This document shows positions 24,298-37,559 of a stretch of 64,000 bases of DNA, piece by piece (the first letter of the stretch is position 1; the number at the start of each line of letters is the position of its first letter). Source of the DNA: Octopus bimaculoides. Taxonomy: Eukaryota. The DNA lies in NCBI RefSeq assembly GCF_001194135.2, contig NC_068982.1, positions 49,286,128-49,350,127 of the forward strand. The letters run 5' to 3'. Below the pieces are notes generated by a model, which did not search any database, had not been told where the DNA came from, and saw only the letters and a list, made by a program, of their open reading frames with translations. The position numbers were made by a program, and so were the translations under genes.

Positions 24298-25126
24298 ATC
24301 TGGAGCAAGCATATCCAGTCTAAATCTCTCACATTCTTCGTTGACTCTGCCTGTGTATGTAGTGAAGTCTTCATCTTCGCTCTTTTCTATGTTTAAACAT
24401 TTCCATCTAATATTAAACAGTGAGCTCTTTTCACTAAACATTTTACACAAAATGTCAACTGTGTCAGTGAAATTTATGTTGGATGCTTTTTTTGGCATTA
24501 TGAAGTTACTATACTTCACATGCTTTGCTGTCACCAATTCTCTTAAAACTAGACACATTTTCATTTTGTCCATCCAATCCTGACATTATTTTTCAAAAAT
24601 TTGTTCAAATCTCCGAAAGTAAGCCTCGAAGGTTACTCCTTCTTCGGGGTCATATTTGAATTTGCTTATGGAATTTGCTACATGGTCAGGTGAAAAGGTT
24701 TTCTCTGGTTTGGTTATCAACTTCATTAGTTGTAACATTTGCTGCTGCAATCCTTATTGTTATTCTCATTGTTCCTTGAGTTGTTGTTGTTGATTTTGCA
24801 ACTCAACTATCCTGGCTAACAAGTCTTCCATATTTTATGATTTTTGTAACTTTGCACAAAAGATTTTTGTTTCTTTTTTGTCAAGTTATTAAATTTTCCA
24901 CATGAATTAGTTTAAACTCTCTGTGTGAATGTTTTTTTTTATCACTGCCATCGTACTGTAGTTGCTGTTTTGTACTAGTAGCCACCATAGTTACTAGTCA
25001 TCAGATACCATTGTATCTCTTCATACCGGAATAGGAATACACTAACTTCTTCTGTCTTACTTATCACTGATAGCTCCACTCTCGACCCTCTCTTGATGAT
25101 CAGCTACTGGTCCATTTCACTATACA
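24298..25126 (-). mobile_element. Ty3/Gypsy 5' remnant: short LTR, PBS-like motif and degenerate gag
   Basis: ATG at 24831 gives MEDLLARIVELQNQQQQ..FKYDPEEGVTFEAYFRRFEQIF..YSNFIMPKK..SSLFNIRWKCL (with internal stops); LTR end ..ATACA, one base, then TGGTATCTGA at 25010. Confidence 0.8.
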
Positions 25127-25129
25127 ATA

Positions 25130-25432
25130 GGTCATGAATGATCATTGCATTGCACCTACAAAGTTACCCTCCAAGGCACAAGTCTGGGCCAAGTTGTTTA
25201 TGGAAGACCAGCAGTTGCTTATGCATACCATCCTCCCCTCTCCACACCACCAAGGGAAAGGGAAAAGCTTAGAACCAGTGATGTTGTAACTCATTTCAAC
25301 AGCTGAGTGAACTGGTGCAACATGAAGTAAAATGTGTTGCTCAAGAACACAACGCACAGCCCAGTCTAGGAATCGAACTGACTACCTCATGATTGTGAGC
25401 CTAAAGCTCTAACCACTGAGCAATGCACCTTC
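25130..25432 (-). mobile_element. SINE family E
   Basis: Reverse complement of 17338-17668. Confidence 0.85.
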
Positions 25433-26394
25433 ACAGACATATACATATCATTTATGAATTTGTTTTGCAAGATTCCTGATGTAAAATTGTGTGTTGAAAC
25501 AGATGTCATTATATTTCGGGATGGCCATTATTTTTTTCTTGCCACATGCACTATATATTCATTCTCCACTTGCTCATTATTGTTCTTATTTCATCATATG
25601 TCCATTGTCTGGAAATCTTTTGTCACACATTCTATTCTGGAACTGACTAAACAGAACAGGAGGAGACTCATGAGATGGAAGAGTTGCTGAAGGGTCACAG
25701 GTGTGTGATGAAAGGTTGCCAGACAATGGAGGTAAGATGAAATAAGAACAATGATGAACGAGTGAAAAATGAATATATAGTACACGTGTTTATTTGACAA
25801 GAAAGAAATGACCATCCCAAAATATAGCATACATATTCATATATATATTTATATATGCAAAAACACATACACACACACACACACACACACATACACACAT
25901 ACACACACACAAACACAAAAACATAAACATATAGATGCACCTACATATTTAAAATCTTTAATCATTAATCTATTAATTAAAGAAGACGTAACAAGAAACA
26001 ATGAAAAGGAAAACAATACAAACCAAGCATACATACAAAAAGAAATAAGCAAATAATTCTATTAGAACATTAATTCTTTTCTCCTTCACTTTTATGAGAA
26101 TATCAGGGAAGTCTTTCCTTCATGAAGATTTTTAGAAAAACAATAGATATATCAATAAATCCATTTATCTGACTGATTTATCGAAATAATGTACATCAAG
26201 AAAAATTTTTGAGATATACATTATAAAGTTTCAACTTTTGTAGAGTATAATAATATAATGGTAAATCCAAACAAAAACCAATACATAAGAATTTTTTTCA
26301 AAATCAATTTAAAACTGTTTGTAGAATTTTTATTTCCCATTTATTTATTCATTTTGTTTTTTTATCGAAAAAACTGAAGCAATTGTCTGATATG

Positions 26395-26446
<52 letters not shown>

Positions 26447-27959
26447 TAAAAACATAAATACAAAAGAAGCACACTTTAAGATGTAGAGCAGTATATATTC
26501 CTTCCCCATTTTTGATATATATATATATATATGCACACATATACCCACACACACACACAAATTTACACACATGTACACATACACATATTTACACATACAT
26601 ATATACACACATTTATACACACATGTATACATTTGCAAANNNNNNNNNNNNNNNNNNNNNNNNNNNNNNNNNNNNNNNNNNNNNNNNNNNNNNNNNNNAC
26701 AAATTTGTATATTTATATGTATGTGTGTGTGTATATATACATACACACACATAGACACAGGATACATTGCTTACAACTGTAGTCTGCTTCAGGGTTAATG
26801 AACAAATGATGTACAAAAACATTATGACTACAAACCCAATTTTCATTTATATTTCATTTGTCTTCTCAGAATTGATTTCCATTTTATTTTTTTTTAAAGA
26901 AAAAGGATAAATTATGGCATACGTTATGTAAGCTATTAGACACTTTCATGTTGATTTTCTACTTTGGAGCAGACATGGCTGTGTAGTCAAGAAGTTCACT
27001 TCCCAGACATGTGGTTTGGGGTTCAGTCTCACTGTCTAGCACCTTGGGTTGACCAAAGCCATGTGAGTAGACTGGGTTTCAGGCATGAGGTTTAACAAAC
27101 CCAAACATGCAGAATTATTTAGTTATTTATTTATTGTGAGGATGAGGTGAACCAGCAGTAAAGGGTCAGTGATGTCAATGGCTGAGGGCCCCTACTGAAA
27201 GGGCAGGAGTGAGGAGGCCACATGGGTGGAAGTAGAATAAGCATGGGCCTCTTTGCTTTGGGGCAGCCATGGCAGAGAGACACATGTGGATATACAAGCT
27301 AGAGAGGGAATTTGCTGTTAGATTCTGGTGATATGTTAGGTGGCTAGGTCACCTTTCATATGCAACCCGGTGGGATATTAGAAGCTGAAAGAGAACCTGA
27401 GAGGTAGGCAAATCACAGTGTTCCTCATATTATATTTATTTATTTATTAAAAGCAGTTTGACTCAACTTCACATTACTTAAAGTTTCATGGACACAGGAC
27501 ATGTTAACCTCTTTACATTTTCTTCAAGGTGGTGCCCCAGCATGTCCAAAGTCTAATGACTGAAACAAGTAAAAGATTAAAGATTTGCCAACAAAAGTGG
27601 CTTATGTTCAGTCTGTCAATCCAATGACTTGGCATCCTCAATGAAATGTGATAAATTATCTCAAATTTAGAATGGCTTCTCTGTATTCAGAACCCTGTTG
27701 ATTTTTTATTTATTTTTTTGTTATCATAGTAACATAATTTTGTTTTTGTTTTTTTGTTTAGTCCATGTTAACATTACTTTTTTGACATTAGTGACATTTC
27801 TTTACATATAGTAGATAAACTCAATGATGATAATGTCATTCAGTTATTTGTAATTCAATAGGGTGTGGTATTTTAGCAACAATTACCACATGGGGTGTAA
27901 CTGATTTGGCAGTGTCCAGTCACAATGAGTTTGTTTGGCCAATATGAGTAGGTCTTCTA

Positions 27960-28110
27960 AAGCAGCAAGCTGGCAGAATCATTAGCATGTAAAGATGAGC
28001 AAAATGCTTATTGTAATTTTATCCATCTTTAGGCTCTAGGTTCAAATGCTTTTGGAATCAATGAAATAAGTACCAGTTGAGCACTGGGATCAATTTAATT
28101 CACTAGCCCC
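27960..28110 (+). mobile_element. SINE family A
   Basis: gcaagctggcagaatcattagc..taagtaccagttgagcactggg. Confidence 0.7.
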
Positions 28111-28327
28111 TTCCTCGTGCCAACCATCTCAGTTGCTTCTTATGACATGCAGAGATATGTTGTCCCCATTCCAAAAACATGTAGCACATTGAGATTAATG
28201 TTCATTTTTTCTTTTTTTTTTTAATAGAGGTATAGGGCTAGAAATTTTTAGTGAGGCTGTAGTCTACTAATTTGACTCCAGTACTAGAGTAGCACTTTAT
28301 TTTATTAACCCTAAAAGGAGAAAAGGA

Positions 28328-28552
28328 GAAGTATATTTGTTTCTTTATTGCTCACAGGAAGCTAAACATACAGGGGCCAAACAAGGACAAACGGATTAAG
28401 TCGATTATATTGACCCCAGTGCATAACTGGTACTTATTTAATCGACCCTGAAAGGATGAAAGGCAAAGTTGACCTTCGCGGAATTTGAACTCAGAAATAC
28501 CTCTAAGCATTTCACCAGGTGTGCTAACAATTCTGCCAATTCACCGCCCTAA
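28328..28552 (-). mobile_element. SINE family A with full tail
   Basis: tttctttattgc..acaaggacaaac..gaaaggatgaaaggcaaagttgacc..atttgaactcag. Confidence 0.85.
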
Positions 28553-28728
28553 CTGTAGAGTATATTACTAATCATTTCTTTTATACACATAAGGCTAGAT
28601 ATTTTGTGGCCAAGATCTTTTCATTAAATTAGCTCTGATAATTGAATTGTAAAATACAGTAAGTTAGTAGAATTGATAGGACACTGGGAAAAATGCTTAG
28701 CAGCATTTTTTCAGTCTTTACATTCTGA

Positions 28729-29097
28729 AGGTGCATTGCTCAGTGGTCAGAATGTTCGGCTCACAATCATGAGGTAGTGAGTTTGATGTGGCCAGGTGGT
28801 TAGGATATTCAGCTCATGAGCTTATGGTCATGAGTTTGATTCCTGGTGGTGAATTGTCCTTCAGCAAGACATTTTCACATTGCTCCAGTTCACTCAGTTG
28901 GCAAAAAGGAGTTGTACTTGTAATTCAAAGAGCCAGCCTTGTCATATTCTGTATCATGCTGAATCTCCCTGTGAACTACATTAAGGGTACACATATCTGT
29001 GGAGTGCTCAGCTACTTACCCCTTAATTTCATGAGCAGGCTGTTCTGTTGATCAAATCAATTAGCATGCTCGTCATTGTAACCAATGGAATGCCAGC
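28729..29097 (+). mobile_element. SINE family F (E-like head, different tail; duplicated head)
   Basis: Tail gagttgtacttgtaattcaaagagccagccttgtcac..gtctgtggagtgctcagc; homologue at 38489. Confidence 0.8.
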
Positions 29098-29399
29098 TTT
29101 TTTTTGTGTGCATGTGTGTGTACCTGTGCACATGCATGCATGTGCACAGAACTTTGTGTAACCCTCTGATATTAAATAAAGTGTTAAACAATTATGATAG
29201 GCAAATCAATGGCTCCAGTTTTCTGTAGCTACAATTTGTTGAGTCTATCAACAGATTGTTGGCTGCCAATTTCTCTAGGATTGGTCAGAATGATATAGAC
29301 AGCTCCAATGAGAACTCAATATGGTTCGAAAATCAATTAAAGATGTTAATTTCTTTTTTCAGTCTACAGAGAAACTCTTAAATTTACCCTTTATCTAGT

Positions 29400-29555
<156 letters not shown>

Positions 29556-30085
29556 CGTCATCAGCGTTATTATTTAACATTTATTGTCCATGCATGCATG
29601 GGTTAGATGACTTGACCAGGCCTGGTAAGCTGAGGAGCTGCACCAGACTCCAGTATGATTTGGCATAGTTTCTACAGCTGGATGCCCTTCCTAGTCCCAA
29701 CCACTCTGAGAGTGTAATAGGCGCTTTTATATGCCACCAGCACGGGTACCAGTTATGTAATACCAGTATCTGTCACAACTATGATTTCACTTGGCTTGCT
29801 GGGTCTCCTTCAATTGCCTAAGGTCTCAGTCATTTGTCAATGCCTCCATGGGGTCCAACACTTGAAAGGTGCTTTTTACGTACCATGGGCATGGTTGCTA
29901 GTTATGCAACACCAGTATCGGCTACATGGCCTCTGTGAGGCCCTATACTTGAAAGGGATTTTTTTGTGCCACTGATCAGTTATGTGACACCAACATTGGC
30001 CATGACTATGATTTCACTTGTCTTGACAGGTCTTCTCAAGCAATGCATATCACCAAAGGTCTCGGTCACTAGTCATTGCCTCCAT
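29556..30085 (-). mobile_element. Family D long variant with an internal tandem sub-repeat
   Basis: gtttctacagctggatgcccttcc; actatgatttcactt..gtctc.gtca..gcctccatg occurs twice. Confidence 0.75.
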
Positions 30086-30101
30086 GAGGAAATGATGAGT
30101 G

Positions 30102-30161
<60 letters not shown>

Positions 30162-30552
30162 NNNNNNNNNNNNNNNNNNNNNNNNNNNNNNNNNNNNNNN
30201 NNNNNNNNNNNNNNNNNNNNNNNNNNNNNNNNNNNNNNNNNNNNNNNNNNNNNNNNNNNNNNNNNNNNNNNNNNNNNNNNNNNNNNNNNNNNNNNNNNNN
30301 NNNNNNNNNNNNNNNNNNNNNNNNNNNNNNNNNNNNNNNNNNNNNNNNNNNNNNNNNNNNNNNNNNNNNNNNNNNNNNNNNNNNNNNNNNNNNNNNNNNN
30401 NNNNNNNNNNNNNNNNNNNNNNNNNNNNNNNNNNNNNNNNNNNNNNNNNNNNNNNNNNNNNNNNNNNNNNNNNNNNNNNNNNNNNNNNNNNNNNNNNNNN
30501 NNNNNNNNNNNNNNNNNNNNNNNNNNNNNNNNNNNNNNNNCATTTTACTTTC

Positions 30553-30584
<32 letters not shown>

Positions 30585-30904
30585 GGTCTATAAAACAGGG
30601 TTAATGTTTTAGCTAACGTTGTTGCTGTTGTTGTTTAGATGGCCTTATTGTGTTTAATGTTTTTCCACTGTAGATGTTTCATGAGATATTGCTTATCTTC
30701 TTTTGGAGCCATTTTTCCCCCCATCTAACTTTTATATCTGGTTGATGTGTTGTAACTAATCTCTAATGGAAATAAGAAACCAAATGAACATGAAAGATGG
30801 AGAAAAAATATTAAAAAAAAAAGAAATAACAGTAAGAGAGGAAGGTGTAGAAAGAAAAGAGGAAGAGAGAAAGAAAGAATGGGACTAGTTGGATATGTAT
30901 ATAT

Positions 30905-31073
30905 AGCCAACAGGTGTGGGTGCATGGTAAGAAGCTTGCTTCCCAACCACATTGTCCCAGGTTCAGTCCTACAGTGTAGCACCTTGGGCAAGTGTCTTCT
31001 ACTGTCGCCTCAGACCAACCCAAAACTTGTGAGTGGATTTGGTAGACGCAAACTGAAAGAAGCTCATCATATA

Positions 31074-31112
<39 letters not shown>

Positions 31113-32105
31113 NNNNNNNNNNNNNNNNNNNNNNNNNNNNNNNNNNNNNNNNNNNNNNNNNNNNNNNNNNNNNNNNNNNNNNNNNNNNNNNNNNNNNNNN
31201 NNNNNNNNNNNNNNNNNNNNNNNNNNNNNNNNNNNNNNNNNNNNNNNNNNNNNNNNNNNNNNNNNNNNNNNNNNNNNNNNNNNNNNNNNNNNNNNNNNNN
31301 NNNNNNNNNNNNNNNNNNNNNNNNNNNNNNNNNNNNNNNNNNNNNNNNNNNNNNNNNNNNNNNNNNNNNNNNNNNNNNNNNNNNNNNNNNNNNNNNNNNN
31401 NNNNNNNNNNNNNNNNNNNNNNNNNNNNNNNNNNNNNNNNNNNNNNNNNNNNNNNNNNNNNNNNNNNNNNNNNNNNNNNNNNNNNNNNNNNNNNNNNNNN
31501 NNNNNNNNNNNNNNNNNNNNNNNNNNNNNNNNNNNNNNNNNNNNNNNNNNNNNNNNNNNNNNNNNNNNNNNNNNNNNNNNNNNNNNNNNNNNNNNNNNNN
31601 NNNNNNNNNNNNNNNNNNNNNNNNNNNNNNNNNNNNNNNNNNNNNNNNNNNNNNNNNNNNNNNNNNNNNNNNNNNNNNNNNNNNNNNNNNNNNNNNNNNN
31701 NNNNNNNNNNNNNNNNNNNNNNNNNNNNNNNNNNNNNNNNNNNNNNNNNNNNNNNNNNNNNNNNNNNNNNNNNNNNNNNNNNNNNNNNNNNNNNNNNNNN
31801 NNNNNNNNNNNNNNTATGTATGTATGTATGTATGTATGTATGTATGTATGTATGTATGTATGTATGTATGTATGTATGTGTGTGTGCATGTCTTTGTGTC
31901 TATGTTTGTCCCCCACTATTACTTGATAACTGGTGTTGCTGCTTATGTTCTTGTAACTTAGTGTTTTGGCAAAAGAGACTGATAGAATAGGTACTAGGCT
32001 TGAAAAAAATAAATTCTGGGGTCGATTCATTCAACTAAAAATTTCTCCAAGCAGTGGCCCACCATGGCTGCTATCTAATGGCTAAAACAAGTAAAAATAA
32101 AAGAT
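30905..32105 (+). mobile_element. SINE B+C split by the assembly gap at its internal microsatellite
   Basis: B module 30905-31070, gap 31113-31814, (TATG)n, then C module. Confidence 0.8.
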
Positions 32106-32564
32106 GCGTGTGTGTGTTGAATAAGCTAAAAGCTATTAATAATTTTGGTCACAGTATGCAACATATTTAAATGCATATGATTGGTCTATCATTCTAGACT
32201 GTTTAGATATTTTATTTTGAGCATTTGGCCATATAGATAAGGTGACACAAAATGGAGGCCAATAGAAAGTACTATATAATAAACAAAATGATGATGAGGC
32301 TTATCTTTGTAATTTCATTGAATTATTTGATTTCTAGACAAATCATTGTTTCCCATACAATAAATGAGAGTAAAAAATTTACACATTATCACATGGTGAT
32401 ACTTTTGATATTCTTATCATTTCTTTACTGATGACAATGACGTCTGATTTGCTGATGTACAATTTGCTGATTTGCTGATGTACATGTACCAAGTACAATG
32501 AAGTCTGATTTGCTGATGAGGTTAAAATAAGATTAGATCAGTTGCTCCCCATAGTTTTTTTTTA

Positions 32565-32800
32565 TTCTTTTATTTGTTTCAATGTTTTGACTGGATTTGC
32601 CGCCATGCTGGAGCACTGCCTTGAAGGGTTTTAGTTGAATAAATCAGTCCCAGAACTTAATTTTTAAGCCTAGTATTTATTCTATTTGTCCCTTTTGCTG
32701 AACCACTAAGCAACAGAGACATAAACACGCCGAGACCAATTGTCAAGCAGTGGTAGTGGTGGGGAGACACAAACACATACACATACATATATATGAAACA
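32565..32800 (-). mobile_element. SINE C module
   Basis: gccgccatgctggagcactgcc..ttgtcaagcagtgg. Confidence 0.75.
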
Positions 32801-32994
32801 AGTTTTAAATAATTGTCATTACGTATTTTTCCTTTATTGGAGCAAGTCAGGCTTACAGCTGTTTCCAGTAGTCATTATAGGTACATTACTGATAAATTTA
32901 CTCAGTTGGTTTATTGATCAACTGAGAAAAATTGAATGACCCAATGGCTACTTTCATCAGAGTCATTTGTGGTTATAACTAGCAGAGCACTGCT

Positions 32995-33180
32995 AACTAC
33001 TAAACCTTTTTTTATTTTCTCTCTCTGCTTATTTCTGTGTTCTTTTCTGTTGAAGAGTGTGGGCTCGAAACGTAAAAGACTTTCTCACTTCCCGAGCATT
33101 AAACTAATACATCTGTTTGTTGTTTACATACCTGTCTTCGTCTTTTGTTTTGTCTTTTTTGTAAATTCCAACTATATGTA
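32995..33180 (+). mobile_element. Solo PLE-type terminal repeat
   Basis: Homologous to the reverse complement of 19190-19350. Confidence 0.6.
33041..33080 (+). ncRNA. Second copy of the hammerhead-like motif
   Basis: UUUU-CUGUUGA-A-GAGU(GUGG)GCUC-GAAA-CGUA-AAAG. Confidence 0.45.
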
Positions 33181-33199
33181 TATATATATATGTATACAT

Positions 33200-33362
33200 A
33201 CAACAGGCTTCTTTCAAGTTTTGCCTACCAAATCTATTCACAAGACTTTGGTTGGACCAAGACAATAGTAGAAGACACCTGCCCAAGGTGCCACACAGTT
33301 GAACTGAACCCAGAACCATGTGGTTGAGAAACAAGCTTCTCACCACACAGCTATGCCTGCTA
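33200..33362 (-). mobile_element. SINE B head module
   Basis: gaagacacctgcccaaggtgccac..gaaccatgtggtt. Confidence 0.8.
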
Positions 33363-33934
33363 ACAATGTGAAAATAATAATACTTAAAAGGTCATTGTTT
33401 ATTCACTTTCTACATATGAATTTCTAATTTTCGTTTTAATGCTCTCACCATTAAATATATCAATACTAACTCACTGAAGAGTGAATATAGTTAACCGAGA
33501 AAAATATTTTCAGTGGAATATTTGATATAATGATGTAGGCTGGATTTTTTTGCCCTGCAGCTCTGAAATTTAAAACAATGCTAATATGAAGTGTGTAAAT
33601 AGACTTTAAGGAGTAAAATTGTCTTGCTCTTCTCATTCTTATTTTCAAAATATATTTCTAGACAAAAAATGTTTATTACAGTCTCATATATTTTATATTG
33701 TAGTCTTATCTTTCCAGCTCATAATGATTATGGTAACAGTTTTGTCTGAACTGAGAAACTTAAATACATATATAAATAGATATTTATGTGCATGTATATA
33801 TATATATATATATACTATAAGATATAGTATATATTTTAATATATTACACAAATATGTATTATATATTATAGCATATTATATATATATCTATATATGCATT
33901 GTATACATGTACTATACGTATGTGTGTCATATGC

Positions 33935-34130
33935 CAACGTCATCATTTTAATGTCTTTTTTTCCCTGCTTGCATGGACCAGACGAGACATCATTAAGTCA
34001 GAATTTTTTTATGGCCATTTGCCCTTCCTGATGCTATTCCTCACCTATTTCCAAGCAGGGTAATAATTCCTTCTGTCTATTCAATGACAAATAGTCCAGA
34101 CATACTCTTGCAGTAGACTGCAACAAACAA
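33935..34130 (-). mobile_element. Degenerate family D variant
   Basis: catcatttttaatgtc..gcttgcatgg..gcccttcctgatgc. Confidence 0.55.
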
Positions 34131-34589
34131 CATTATTTGTATAAACAGTACACTTTGTCTGCAACCAACATGCACATTACCTCTCTCCTTCTCCCTCGCC
34201 CCTTCTCTCTTTTTATGTCTCTGCATATGTATATATTGTCATCATCATCTACTATAGATCTACTTTAGCATAAAACATCTCTTCCTCATAGCTAGTCATA
34301 CTGTACAAGAGTAGAAATAGAATATGCAGTAATATGCTTAATAATACTAATTACAACTATATGAGCTCAAGTGAATGACTCCTAACTCTCACTGCCTTGA
34401 AAATAACATCATATATCAGTATATTGTTATAATTCACATTCCTATTAATGTGTAAATCAGCCTAACTGCACACTGCTTTAAAATCTATGACAGTCAACAT
34501 GTACACTGTTAGAGTAACCTGACAGAAGAAACACAATGATGCAATCTTCTTACCCATAGCAACTTGAAGAAAACAATGACTATGTTGAA

Positions 34590-34770
34590 GAGCCTTCCAA
34601 GAGCTACACCATATGTGGATAATAACAGATCATGTACCTTGTGCATGGAAGAACCAATACTGAGCATTATTGCTAAAATGTCACTCCTGAACCAATAGAA
34701 AATCTGAGAGAGTGCCTACATAGTGATACAAAATATATATAAAACATATTTGAACTACAAACCCATTTCA
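34590..34770 (+). mobile_element. Degenerate PLE endonuclease C-terminus (Cys-containing type)
   Basis: RATPYVDNNRSCTLCMEE..LLNQ..ECLH resembles the PLE ending A.PY....K.C.LCL.EK...LLN.R.E...CRH. Confidence 0.5.
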
Positions 34771-35338
34771 GATCTTGGTAGATAGTAATGTGAACACAGT
34801 ACCAATGATCTGCTGCTTGTACTAAGGAGGCCTTAATTTTTTATGGACCAAAACTGGTGTATTAGAAAGTTGAATACTATCTTTAGAAGATGGGATAAAT
34901 GGCTAAGACAAACGATGTCAATTGATACTAAGACAAGTAAAACAAAACATCACATCTAAACTAAAAATGTTACAAATCGTCTCAACTCACAATCATAGAC
35001 AATAAAGATTGGATTATTATTCTTGATGAATTGGATTCTATGAATACATACAGTTGTACAAGGTAAAAGACAAGCATCGTCATTGAAAAGTATAGTCACA
35101 AAGGATGATGCTAAATTATACTCAACAAAAAAAAAAAAAACAATTAAAATGTGTGCATGATCAAACTGTGAAATAGAGCTTAACTCATCTGAAGGTTCAG
35201 ACTTCTATTTTAAACGATGTTTCAAAATAATGACATAATCTGTGCATTTAGAAACCTTGTTCAAGATATTTGAGAACTAAATAGGAGACTCACTAATAAC
35301 CTTAAGGAAAAGTATATTACACAAAGAGTAAATATGAT

Positions 35339-35457
35339 CCACCAGTTTCAGACCGATAGCTTTAAGTGAACATATAGATAAACGTGTTGTAAATTACCAC
35401 CAGTTTCAGACCGATAGCTTTAAGTGAACATATAGATAAACGTGTTGTAAATTACCA
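35339..35457. repeat. Perfect 58-bp tandem duplication
   Basis: ccaccagtttcagaccgatagc...gtaaatta x2. Confidence 0.95.
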
Positions 35458-35904
35458 ACTGAAAATTTATTTCTCTTATATCAATATCGTTATAGAATAA
35501 CTAAACAACATGAGATCAATAAGTAGTCTACACTCATTCAAAAAATATTGGCATTTCATTTATAGTTGTTTATTATTATTATTAAATAAAAAAAGAACAT
35601 TAATATTCCACTTAGTACCACTCCTGTTACTGTTAATGCCGTTCATTTAATACCTCATCTCTTATTATCAACATCTACTTATGAAATTCTGAAATTAGGA
35701 AATAACAACAGCAGCATCAATGTCAGCTGTTTATGAAGTAATAAAAATAAAACATCATTTATTACAGAGTCATGACATCTTTAGAAAAATGTAATCAGTT
35801 GATTACATTATTATTCCACTTCTGCCATAAAGTTTTATCATAAAGATTTCAGCACATTTTCTTCTCTACTTCATTCAATCATTTATTCATCCACTCATTT
35901 GTTC

Positions 35905-35941
35905 ATACACACACACGCACGCCCGCACACACACACACGCC

Positions 35942-36000
<59 letters not shown>
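35905..36000. repeat. (CA)n microsatellite
   Basis: Direct inspection. Confidence 0.95.
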
Positions 36001-36001
<1 letters not shown>

Positions 36002-37559
36002 TATGTGTACATATGTGTGTATAGCCAACACTTGGAGTATCAAAGAGTTGACTCAAAAAGTCTGTTGAAGACTCCTTGGAAGAAAAACAACATTAATTCT
36101 TCAAGATCGAAGAATATTGCTATTAGCCATTCATTCGATGACCCCACTGTTTGAGAAGACTGCAAATATGGATGGAAAATTTGCTCAGCACTATCAAGTG
36201 AAGCAAAAAAGGAAGATGTATGCAGTATTATATCTCGTCTCTCAAACCCGAGATTTGTATATTCCATCTGTGACTAAAGTTGTACATCAAGTGTTGTTAT
36301 GTACAGTTATCAAAAGATCCACAAGTGAAGAGAAAAGTGTATGTCTGTTTGTAAATTTGTGTGTAATCATGAATGTAAATTTGTAACATATATGAAGAGA
36401 GGGTGGTTAAAGTACACTATATTCAAGACATAGCTCAAATATCTTTGCAGGTGCAAGAAGTCAATAATTAATACAAGCTGGTTGTTTTCAATCACTCTAC
36501 CACATTATGGTAGTAGGAATTCTGTCAAAATTAAGATTCAGAAGAAAACGTTGTTTATCTCTTCTAAATTTGCTTTGTGTAGGTCTAACAATTTTAAAGT
36601 TGATATATGTTCAAGATCCTAATCTCAAACAGTTAATTATTTTGAAATACTGCAATTAGTAAAATATTTGAACAAGACTAACAGGCAATTTTCATGGAGA
36701 AGAATACCATTAATGTAGTCAAATATATTAGTTGCTGTTATATTTTTTCATTAACCTCATTGTTTGAAATGCTAATTTGATCTTGGTATTTTTAACTCAG
36801 AACTCTGTACAAAATTTTGTGAGATATAAGCCACAAGGGTGTAGCCGTGTGGTTGCAAGACCTGCTAAAAATAGCTTCTATCTCTCTCAGAACGAATTCA
36901 ACTGTCTTAAACAAGGAGAGACAAACACCACCTACAAAATCCAGTTGGACTTATCAATTGTTTTTGATTATAGATTAGTGCAATCAAGGTTGGCAAGAGG
37001 TTAAAGAACAACAATAACATCTAACAACTACAAGTCATGTTGTTTGGCTTTCTAGGCTATCTCCACTGTAATTTGAAATAAATTTAGCAGTGATTTCTTA
37101 ATTAGACAGAAGATCATATATGTGGGGAAGAGAACAGTTGATTATATCAATTTTGGAACTTGACTTACCCATTCAGTACATATTTTAACAACCCTGGAAT
37201 GATGAAAGAGACAGACTAACTCAATGTAAAGAGCAGTAACTAAATGCAATGTTCACTTATGGTTCTTTATGTTCTATGTATTATTTTGACCACAAGAACT
37301 TATCCATGCAGTCATACATTAAAATAGATACATAGACTACAAAGACATGTAGGGATGGATAAGACAAAATTATATAAAATGAGGGGATTGTTAATCATTA
37401 GACAATTTATACATAAAAAATTTGATATAAATGAAAAAACTCAGACAAGATATGTTTGTTAAAAGCATAATGCAAATTAGGCAACTCATCCAAAGATAGG
37501 TGAAAACCCACCAGCTGGGTCAAGTCAAAGTACTCTGCTCACTTGCCACTCATCATAAG

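Noticed and set aside
24142-24573. 143-aa ORF as a host gene
   Set aside because: Part of a stop-containing Gypsy gag that reads into a microsatellite and SINE
27130-27420. GC-rich island as an exon
   Set aside because: Stops in all frames and an (AAAT)n tail on the minus strand suggest an unclassified retroelement end
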